A DNA stretch of 64,000 bases, from the NCBI GenBank assembly GCA_002269645.1, contig NIVC01001205.1:186001-250000 (forward strand). The letters run 5' to 3'. Every line of letters starts with the position of its first letter. The first letter of the stretch is position 1. Shown in pieces: positions 1 through 9,815 of this stretch. Position numbers and translations under genes: made by a program. This stretch comes from Macrostomum lignano. Lineage: Eukaryota. Below the pieces are notes generated by a model. That model was not told where the DNA came from. It did not search any database and saw only the letters and a program-made list of their open reading frames with translations.

Positions 1-235
<235 letters not shown>

Positions 236-249
236 TATTTTTTTTGCAG

Positions 250-1661
250 CATCAAACGTCAACCATGCATATGACGGGTCAACTTCGCGGCCTTCAACGG
301 ACCTGATCCCAGCTTTTCGCAGCTGCTGCTACCCCGGCTTGCAACTTCCGGTGCCTGGCAGATCTCAGATTCATGCAGATGTGATCTCAAAGATACATGA
401 AGCTATGAAGATTTACCCACCGCATCTGGTAGCCTCAGCCGAACCGAATCACGAAGGCCAGCAGCTCAGGTTCAGCACGTCTTTTCTCGAGCGGCCGCTG
501 ATCCGAAACCTGAGCAGCTTGCAGGGCCAGGTCTTCGTCATTGTCAAGCACCTCATCAAGCAAGTGCTGGCAAAGAGATCAGTGAGAGGTCTGAAGACTT
601 ATCACGTGAAGACTGTGTTTTTCTATCTGCTGGATGAAACGCCAGAGCGGGAGTGGCAACCGGACAATCTGGTGAAGCTGGTCAGGAGGGCTCTGACAAA
701 GCTGCTGGAGAGCCTGCAGTCCGGCACAGCTCAGGACTCCTGCATGATGCACTTCTTCATGCCGGACTGCCCGCTGTTTTTAAAGAAGAATCACGATCCG
801 AAACGGGAACTCGCGTCCGCTGTTGACGAACTGATTCAGGACCTGCCGTACCTGCTTCATCGCTTCATGAAGAAGAGGCTGCGACTGAACGGAACCAACG
901 AAGGAAAGTTCTGCTTCAACCCGTTCCTCATCTTGCCGGACCCGAATCCCCGGCCGGACCATCTGTGGCGCTCGGCTGTTGGCCAGATCGACAGTTGCGA
1001 CATCTACAATGCTGTCCGGAGCCTCTGGGTCCGGCTGTCGCGGGAAGCGGACGACTCAGTTGAAGCCGATGGTCAGTCGGCGCTGATGAAGGAAGCTTCG
1101 AGGCTGCCAGACTGCGCCAGCACGGTCAGATGCTGCTTAAAGGCGTTGATTTGCTTGAAGTACGGCAGGACTGACGAGGCCAGAAGCATTTTGAGCAGTT
1201 TTAAAGCAACAGACTCGAGATTCGTTCGTCACGAGGACCTTGACAGTGTCAGCGACGTGGACGCGTTCGTGCTGAACAAACTCGACACGTGCGATTGGGC
1301 AAAGAAGTTCTGCTTTGTTTTCTCTGGCCGGCCTCAGCTGGAGTTTCTTCCCAAGGAGATTAATCGGCACTTCCCAATCTGCATCCTGTATGTCAATGTG
1401 TTCTCCATCAACTTCCAGGCTCTGTACCGGTGCCTCTGTCTTCATCTGCACGTTGCGAACGAAAGCCAGGCTAAGTCTTGGTTTAAAGAGATTCTGGAAC
1501 AGGATGAAGCTCAGCTACAGGAGATCCTGGTGATGCTGCAGTTCTGCAAGGATCGCGAAATGCTGGTCTCGCTGATCCACAAGCACAGGAAGGCTATCTA
1601 TGAGCAGAAGCACACATTTGACATGGCTTTGAACTCAATGCTGGCCGATGTAAGTCGATAA
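250..1661 (+). CDS. Mab-21/cGAS-like receptor (cGLR) paralog 1, terminal exon; 5' exons lie outside the window
   Basis: The frame is open from the acceptor at 249 to TAA at 1661. Mab-21 motifs: TDLIPAFR (third catalytic Asp position), GLKTYHVKTVFFY and CMMHFFMPDCPLF. It is colinear with the 10745-12165 exon. Confidence 0.88.
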
Positions 1662-1689
1662 GTTACTTTTATCGTATAAAATCTCCCTG

Positions 1690-2105
1690 TACAGAAGTTA
1701 GGGACTCCTAGAACTTCCACAGGACTGGGAGCCAGGGACTCTTAAAACTCCCACAGGACTGGGAGCCAGGGACTCTTAAAACTCCCACTGGACTGGGAGC
1801 CAGGGACTCTTAGAACTCACACTGGACTAGGAGCCAGGGACACCTAGAACTTCCACTGGACTGGGAGCTAAGGGACTCCTAGAAACTTTCTGAGATTCTC
1901 ATAGATTCCCAAAGATTCCCAACTGACCCCCCATAGATTCCCATGGATCCCCATTGATTATTCCCATAGATTGTTATTGATTATTTCCATAGATTCCAAT
2001 TGATTATTCCCATAGATTCTCAGTGATTATTCCCATAGATTCCCAGTAATTTTTCCCATAGATTCCCATTGATTATTCCCATAGATTCAAATAGATTCAT
2101 ATAGT
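1690..2105. repeat. Two short degenerate minisatellites (GGACTGGGAGCCAGGGACTC-type and GATTATTCCCATAGATTCC-type)
   Basis: Tandem copies are visible at about 1690-1885 and 1900-2105. Confidence 0.85.
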
Positions 2106-2379
2106 CTCCTTGTCCTTGGCTATCAGATGCTGAGCCAGGTAAAAACTTAAAAAAAGTTTATCTTATCTTTAGTAAAAAAACTGCGTATATCTTATTTCCA
2201 ACTTCCAGCAGCAGCTCATGGGGTTGAGTACTACAAGGTCGCTTGAAGAAACTGTTCACCGACTGCAACAGTGCAACACCAGCTTCAGCGAAGATCTGAC
2301 AAATTAAAGGCGAAACGAAGAAGTCGAGCGATTCGCGTTGTCGACCATTGAAGGCCGTTCAACATTAAAAAAACGTTCT

Positions 2380-2780
2380 GGCGCCCCTGGTGCTGGCGCC
2401 CCTGGTGCTAAAGCCCCTGGTGCTGGCGCCCCTGGTGCTAAAGCCCCTGGTGCTAAAGCCCCTGGTGGTAAGCCCCTGGTGCTAAAGCCCCTGGTGCTAA
2501 AGCCTCTGGTGCTAAAGCCCCTGGTGGTAAGCCCCTGGTGCTAAATCCTCTGGTGCTAAATCCCCTGGTGCTAAATCCCCTGGTGCTAAAGCCCCTGGTG
2601 CTAAAGCCCCTGGTGCTAAAGCCCCTGGTGCTAAAGCCCCTGGTGCTAAAGCCCCTGGTGCTAAAGCCCCTGGTGCTAAATCCCCTGGTGCTAAATCCCC
2701 TGGTGCTAAAGCCCCTGGTGCTAAAGCCCCTGGTGCTAAAGCCCCTGGTGCTAAAGCCCCTGGTCCTAAAGCCCCTGGTG
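2380..2780. repeat. ~15-bp minisatellite GCCCCTGGTGCTAAA
   Basis: About 26 tandem units; these generate the spurious APGAL/LKPLV ORFs. Confidence 0.95.
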
Positions 2781-3159
2781 CAGACTCATTGAAGATAAAA
2801 ATCGTTGTTTCACTCCTGCAAGCTTTTTGAAATCTGAACATTACAGTACACTGTATTGCCGTGCTGTACATACTGTACTGTTAATATTGTAATTTGAATA
2901 TTAAATATTCTGCGTTTTTTACTTTTAATTTACAATGAATTATTCTTTTTAGTTTGGTTTATCGTTCTCTGAGTTAAACTAAAAATAGAGTTTCAAAATT
3001 TCCAGGCGAGACGAGGAGGCTGCCTTAGCTGCACCAATTCAGCTGAGCACGCGCTCACAAAGGGTAGACAACGTCTCTGACATTACATGTAACATACATC
3101 TGCAGTGGTTCACGCAGCTTTTTGATTGGAGGGACAGCAACCCGATGGGGTGCCAATAT

Positions 3160-3290
3160 TTGGTCTCTTGGTAGTTTCCATTGTCTTTTGGTGGTCTTCC
3201 CTGTCTCATGGTGGGCGCCCCTGTCTCTTGATGGTCGCCCCTGTCTCTTGATGGTCGCCCCTGTCTCTTGGTGGTCGCCCCTGTCTCTCG
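3160..3290. repeat. GTCGCCCCTGTCTCTTGGTG minisatellite family, copy 1
   Basis: The same core recurs at 7140-7835 and 10340-10650. Confidence 0.85.
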
Positions 3291-3721
3291 AATTGTCGAG
3301 TGCTAGGTTACAAGTGGAATATTTTTCATTTAGTAAAGACTGTAAAATCAATATTTGACTACTAAGTTAATTCCTGAAAAGATCATTAAAAAGTGGCGCA
3401 TTGTCAGGCAGCAGTAGCTTACCTTAAAGAAAATCTTCCACTTAGCATAGGAACTTCCTGGATCGATTTTAAGAATAATAAAAAAACTACGCTCGTAAAA
3501 GGCTACATGAGTCAAGCACCAGCTCAATCAATTTTATTGTCATCGGTCATGAACTGTGTTCGTCGTAGATAATTACAATTTTATTGATCTCTTAGACCGA
3601 TTGCATCCGGTCACAGACGGCCTACAAATAGCCAGAAAGCTGCGCAGACCCAGAAGCAAGTCTAACCGACATCAAAGCAGTCTCAAAGCCGAACTCGAAC
3701 ACTCCAAAGAAGCCGGTCGCC

Positions 3722-3952
3722 ATGCTCCGCACAGCCGCCCTCTCCCTGCTGCTGCTCGCCCTGCTGCTCTGCTCGACTCCCTCCGTCATGGCCGCCCAGC
3801 GGGGCGCCCGCAACGCCGAAGAGCTCAGCCAGGACCTCGACAAGGTGATCCAGATGGGCCTCGGGCTGCTGTGCGACTCCATGAGCCTCCTGGACCAGTC
3901 CGACCCCAGGACCGCCCGGCTCTCCATCCTGTGCCAGGCCAGGAGTCAGTGA
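3722..3952 (+). CDS. Small secreted protein of unknown family, copy A (76 aa)
   Basis: ATG in a GTCGCCATG context, a hydrophobic signal peptide (MLRTAALSLLLLALLLCSTPSVMA), two Cys in the mature part, GC3-rich codons, and AATAAA at about 4102. A near-identical second copy is present. Confidence 0.8.
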   Translation: MLRTAALSLLLLALLLCSTPSVMAAQRGARNAEELSQDLDKVIQMGLGLLCDSMSLLDQSDPRTARLSILCQARSQ

Positions 3953-4244
3953 GCTGACTCAGTGACCGGGACCGCTGTTGACTCCCTTTGGAACTAATAC
4001 AGTTGTTTCTGCTGCATAAATGAAACCAGCTTGTTGTTAACACTTTTTAACGCCTTAAAAGTCGACAGTTAAAACTGTTTTTGACCTGTTATTACCATAT
4101 GAATAAACTGTTCGCGTTAGTACCAGGATTTTGGCCCTCGTTACGTTGGTCTACAAATTTTGCCCCTTTGGCCCTTTCATTTGCAGTCTAATCGACAAAC
4201 TGTAGTTGTTTAGTGTAGCTTTAATAGAGATTTTCTTGTATATG

Positions 4245-5020
4245 AGATGCCAGTACTTAATGGGGGAGTTGCTGAGATGCCATGGCTCAATGGGGGAGTT
4301 GCTGAGATGCCATGTCTCAATGGGGGAGTTGCTGAGATGCCATAGACTCAATGAGGGAGTTGCTGAGATGCCATAGACTCAATGAGGGAGTTGCTGAGAT
4401 GCCATAGACTCAATGAAGGAGTTGCTGAGATGCCATAGACTCAATGAAGGAGTTGCTGAGATGCCATAGACTCAATGAAGGAGTTGCTGAGATGCCATAG
4501 ACTCAATGAGGGAGTTGCTGAGATGTTATAGACTCAATGAAGGAGTTGCTGAGATGCCATAGACTCAATGAAGGAGTTGCTGAGATGCCATAGACTCAAT
4601 GAAGGAGTTTCTGAGATCCCATAGACTCAATGAGGGAGTTCTGAGATGCCATAGACTCAATGAGGGAGTTCTGAGATGCCATATACTCAATGAAGGAGTT
4701 GCTGAGATGCCATAGACTCAATGAGGGAGTTCTGAGATGCCATAGACTCAATGAAGGAGTTGCTGAGATCCCATAGACTCAATGAGGGAGTTCTAAGATG
4801 CCATGGCTCAATGTGGGAGTTCTTAGATGCCATGGCTCAATGGAGAGTTTCTGAGATGCCATATACTCAATGAAGGAGTTGCTGAGATGCCATAGACTCA
4901 ATGAGGGAGTTCTGAGATGCCATAGACTCAATGAAGGAGTTGCTGAGATCCCATAGACTCAATGAGGGAGTTCTAAGATGCCATGGCTCAATGTGGGAGT
5001 TCTTAGATGCCATGGCTCAA
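4245..5020. repeat. ~31-bp minisatellite (GGAGTTGCTGAGATGCCATAGACTCAATGA core) between the two convergent peptide genes
   Basis: About 24 tandem units. Confidence 0.95.
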
Positions 5021-5311
5021 AGGAAATTTCTTATGTACAAAAGGATTATTACGAATGTTTGCATGTACGATTCGATTGGTATAGCTGTCTATTCAAATCT
5101 GTTTCCACCAGAGTGGCACGCATTCCTCTCTTATCTGATGAATTCCTGGCTCTCTAGCATAAAAAGTTTCAGCTACAGTAGTGAGGACATTTGAACTAAA
5201 AACTGAAAATTGCAACGTTAGCTATGGCATCAGAGCATCAGAGGAAACCAGTGCTCAATAGCTACTTGTATATTTGATTGCAGCATTAAAGATTTGCATT
5301 ATTCCAATAGG

Positions 5312-5539
5312 CTAGCTCCTGGCCTGGCACAGGATGGAGAGGCGGGCGGTCCTGGGGTCGGACTGGTCCAGGAGGCTCATGGAGTCGCACAGCAGCCCGA
5401 GGCCCATCTGGATCACCTTGTCGAGGTCCTGGCTGAGCTCTTCGGCGTTGCGCGCGCCCCGCTGGGCGGCTATGACGGAGGGAGTCGAGCAGAGCAGCAG
5501 GGCGAGCAGCAGCAGGGAGAGGGCGGCTGTGCGGAGCAT
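5312..5539 (-). CDS. Small secreted protein of unknown family, copy B (75 aa)
   Basis: Reverse complement of copy A. By eye it has 3 substitutions in the shared CDS (2 synonymous, 1 Met>Ile) plus a different last codon and stop. Confidence 0.8.
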   Translation of the reverse strand: MLRTAALSLLLLALLLCSTPSVIAAQRGARNAEELSQDLDKVIQMGLGLLCDSMSLLDQSDPRTARLSILCQARS

Positions 5540-6157
5540 GGCGACCGGCTTCTTTGGAGTGTTCGAGTTCGGCTTTGAGACTGCTTTGATGTCGGTTAGA
5601 CTTGCTTCTGGGTCTGCGCAGCTTTCTGGCTATTTGTAGACTGACTGCCACCGGAAGCAATTGATTTTTTACGATCAGAAAAATAATTATTTAGAATCAT
5701 TTTTACTGCCTGTAATTGCTGTTGTCAGGTGGAGCAGCTCGGGTTAGGGCAGTTAATAGACACAAATTTGTTGCTACGAGTTGCATTCAGGTTGGTAGTT
5801 TTAAGTACACGTTTAATAGCCACGTTGCAATGTTTTTAAGTTTCAACCAAATGAGTTAGGTGGGTATTGCAATGGGGGAGGGGCACAGGAAACCTCCTTT
5901 GCATGGAAAGATGATCTTCTATGAGAGAAAAGAAACTGCAAAATTTATTGCTGCTTGAAAACTGATAAGCAAGCCCGACTGAATAACAAATATTCATGGG
6001 TAGGGTCTTTTAGTTTCTACTAGCGTATTTTTAAACATTGCGCTAGTCAGATAAAATCCTGAGCTTTGAGTTGGTAAAAATGTCACGTGATCGGCAGAAG
6101 CTGAGAGTTGAATAAATAACAATAAATAGCTGGACTTTAGTTAGCTTGGCTTACGGA

Positions 6158-6807
6158 GGTAATTCCGCGGAAATTCCTTCCGAGATAGACCTGTAGACAC
6201 ATTTGGCTACAAAAAGCTAAACTGTTTTTGCTTTTTTATTTCGAGGGTAGTCGGCGACCGGTGCTTATCTTTGGCCTCAAGGTGTGCGTGTAAGTAGCGC
6301 GTTGCAATGTTGGTTAAAATCTAAATGTATTTTTTACTCTGATTTTTTTCCTTTCGTTTGAACTTATAGGAATTTTATAATGTAGTGAGTGTCACACTAT
6401 AGACGTGACACTATAATGCGGTAGTGGCGCTTCCTTTTAGAACTGGCAGGGGTCAGTGACATTTTCTATGGTAGGACAGGCAGCGGTCAGTGACATTTTC
6501 TATGGTAGGACAGGCAGCGGTCAGTGACATTTTCTATGGTAGGACAGGCAGCGGTCAGTGACATTTTCTATGGTAGGACAGGCAGGGGTCAAGTGGCATT
6601 GTATGGAAGAACTGGCAGGGGACAGTTGAGAGACTACTGTATGTAGGACGTAAATTTGTTTACAATACTATAAACGCATGTTAAACAAGATAATCATCAT
6701 TTTTTTCCAAAACACTAAAGTGTACTAACTAATAAGGAACATCATTAGTGCGTGTTATAAAAATAACATTATTTCCATGAATTCCGCGGAAATTCCACAG
6801 AATTACC
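6158..6807. mobile_element. Putative MITE-like element with ~20-bp imperfect TIRs (GGTAATTCCGCGGAAATTCC) and an internal short minisatellite
   Basis: Left end GGTAATTCCGCGGAAATTCC; right end reverse complement GGTAATTCTGTGGAATTTCC. No TSD found. Confidence 0.45.
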
Positions 6808-7139
6808 ATGCTCCACCATTGCCGCCCTGTTATGCTGGGTCAGCTGATCATGTACTAAAATAGCTACAAGAGTACAGACACTCAGATGCTCATTGTTCAG
6901 CTCTCAGCTCCTCAGCTCTCTTTCTCTCTCTCTCTCTCCGCTCTAACCATTGTGAGGCTATTCCGTAATGGCTCAAATTACATTGAAATCCCCCCCAGTA
7001 CACTCGTACTAGTTTTGCCAGTTGCAGAATAGCGATACAGAGAGTCGCGGAGTTAAGGACAAAATCAGCCTTCTTGTCTCTGCCAGTACTAGGTGTTTCA
7101 AATAGCATGAATTTTTCAGTAGCTCGAATGCTTGACTGT

Positions 7140-7835
7140 CTGTCTCTTGGTGGTTGCCCCTGCCTCTTGGTGGGTATCATGTCTCTTGGTGGGCGTCATG
7201 TCTCTTGGTGGATGTCAATGTCTCGTGGTGGGCGTCATGTCTCTTGGTGGGCGTCATGTCTCTTGGTGGATGTCATGTCTCTTGGTGGATGTCATGTCTC
7301 TTGGTGGATGTCATGTCTCTTGGTGGGCGTCAATGTCTCTTGGTGGGCGTCATGTCTCTTGGTGGATGTCATGTCTCTTGCTGGATGTCATGTCTCTTGG
7401 TGGATGTCATGTCTCTTGGTGGATGTCATGTCTCTTGGTGGATATCATGACTCTTGGTGGGCGTCAATGTCTCTTGGTGGGCGTCATGTCTCTTGGTGGG
7501 CGTCATGTCTCTTGGTGGATGTCATGTCTCTTGGTGGATGTCATGTCTCTTGGTGGATGTCATGTCTCTTGGTGGATGTCATGTCTCTTGGTGGATGTCA
7601 TGTCTCTTGGTCGGCGTCATGTCTCTTGGTGGGCGTCATGTCTTTTGGTGGGTGTCAGTGTCATGCCTCTTGGTGGGTGTCATGCCTCTTAGTGGGCGTC
7701 ATGTCTCTAGGTGGGTGTCATGTCTCTTGTTGGGTGTCATGTCTCTTGATGGGTGTCATGTCTCTAGGTGGGCGTCATGTCTCTTGGTGAGTGCCATGTC
7801 TCTTGGTGGACGTCATGTCTCTTGGTGGTCGCCCC
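7140..7835. repeat. GTCATGTCTCTTGGTGG minisatellite (family copy 2)
   Basis: Tandem ~19-bp units; source of the SCLLV/CHVSWW ORFs. Confidence 0.95.
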
Positions 7836-8147
7836 TACCCCTAACTCTTCCAAGCTTTGGCTTTTGGAGGAGCGCAATTTATGTAGACCCTATCAGTAGG
7901 GGACACCAAGGGAAAACATTTTTAATTTCAAATTGCTTGCATTTCCAGCCTAGGAAGGAAGATTCACAGTTGCCCCAAGTTGTCATGCGGAATGTTGGGT
8001 CTAAATTCAAGCATTTAAGAAACGCATCTTGCTGAAATCGTAAGTAAATCCTCATGAGTCATTTGCTCCAAACCTGATTTTATTGACAAGACCTAATTAA
8101 ACCAGTTTCAGGTCCTCTGATTCCTGAGAATTCTAGTCAAAGTCAAA

Positions 8148-9083
8148 ATGTCCACGACAGATTCTGAACAGCTGATTTTTCGAGACAATGTTAGGAATTT
8201 TAAAATTTGGGATGTCAATTGGCAACTGAAAAATGGCAATTTGAAAGTAAACAGTCCGGATGCCAGAGGCAGGACGGCACTGACAGACTCTGCTTGGCTT
8301 GGCTACGCCGCAATGTCCGAACTGCTTATTCGCCACAGCGCCGAGGTAAACGCGATTGACGCAATTCAAACATCACCACTCCATCGAGCGGCCTGGAACG
8401 GACACGCGGCAACAGTTTGGATCCTTCTGAAGAACGGTGCGAACCCGAATCTGCCCAATGGCATTGGCAGGACACCGTTGCATGCCTCAGCTGGCAATGG
8501 TCACGTGGATTGCGTGAAGCTGCTGCTTGACTATCGTGCCGATAGCAACTATCAGGATGCGGATGGCTGGTCGCCTCTGCATGAAGCAGCAATGCGAAAT
8601 CGGAGCAGTAAAGCATTGAATATGCTAATAAGGCATCAAGGCGCACAAGCCAACATTGATCTCCAAACTCTAGTAGGACAGACACCGCTCCACATCGCTG
8701 CCAGGTGTGGCGCCAAGCTAGCTGTCTGTGATCTTATTAGTGCAGGCGCCAACGTCATTGCTCTGGACAATAGCGGGTCGAGTCCGCTGCACTATGCGGT
8801 GACCGCTGGAAATCAGGATGTGGTGTCTCATCTTTTGAAGTCCGGATGCAATCCAAATCAATGCAATGTATTCGGCTTTACGCCGGTGCGCCTGGCGGTA
8901 TTTTTTGGCCTTACAAACATCTTGGCTCAGTTGGTGTCCTATAAGGAGCCATACTTGGGTACGGAAACTGTCAGTTTTATAGCATTTTGTGAAATATTTA
9001 TACCGCATTAACATCACACTTATGGACTTTTCAGCCTTTTTATTGACCAAGACAAGAGATCGCGAGTTGGACTGGTCCCAAAA
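8148..9083 (+). CDS. Ankyrin-repeat region (7 clear repeats plus a possible degenerate one); exons 8148-8958 and 9035-9083; predicted N-terminus of cGLR paralog 2
   Basis: Ankyrin motifs GRTAL, TSPLH, GRTPLH, GWSPLH, GQTPLH, GSSPLH and GFTPV. A 5'UTR intron runs 8040(GTAAGT)-8111(TTTCAG). Coding donor GTACGG at 8959, acceptor TTTTCAG at 9034, donor GTACGT at 9084. Confidence 0.9.
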
Positions 9084-9139
9084 GTACGTTTGGTTCCTTT
9101 TACAATTAGTGGTACATCTAGTGCCATTGTGCTTTGTCA

Positions 9140-9770
9140 TGGTCTGTGATTGGAATTAGTCATGGTATATGATTGGAATTAGTCATGTTGTGTGATTGGA
9201 ATTAGTCATAGTGTGTGATTGGAATTAGTCATGGTGTGTGATTGGAATTAGTCATGGTGTGTGATTGGAATTAGTCATGGTGTGTGATTGGAATTAGTCA
9301 TGTTGTGTGATTAGAATTAGTCATGTTGTGTGATTGGAATTAGTCATGTTGTGTGATTGGAATTAGTCATAGTGTGTGATTGGAATTAGTCATAGTGTGT
9401 GATTGGAATTAGTCATGGTGTGTGATTGGAATTAGTCATGTTGTGTGATTGGAATTAGTCATAGTGTGTGATTGGAATTAGTCATGGTGTGTGATTGGAA
9501 TTAGTCATGGTGTGTGATTGGAATTAGTCATAGTGTGTGATTGGAATTAGTCATAGTGTGTGATTGGAATTAGTCATAGTGTGTGATTGGAATTAGTCAT
9601 GGTGTGTGATTGGAATTAGTCATGTTGTGTGATTGGAATTAGTCATGTTGTGTGATTGGAATTAGTCATGGTGTGTGATTGGAATTAGTCATACTGTGTG
9701 ATTGGAATTAGTCATGTTGTGTGATTGGAATTAGTCATGGTGTGTGATTGGAATTAGTCATGGTGTGATT
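9140..9770. repeat. 23-bp intronic minisatellite TGGAATTAGTCATGGTGTGTGAT
   Basis: About 27 tandem units. Confidence 0.97.
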
Positions 9771-9815
9771 GCATGCTTTTTAAGACACATTTATTTTACT
9801 GTCGCACTGTTAGAG

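Noticed and set aside
6161-6796. Twin AATTCCGCGGAAATTCC 17-mers as kappaB-like sites in the peptide B / cGLR2 shared promoter
   Set aside because: They are more simply explained as the terminal repeats of a putative MITE (6158-6807).
8959-9011. Ankyrin gene ending at the TAA at 9011 as a standalone protein, as in the ORF track
   Set aside because: The tail is AT-rich and intron-like, with a good donor/acceptor pair and an open micro-exon beyond it. The standalone form is disfavoured but not excluded as a retention isoform.
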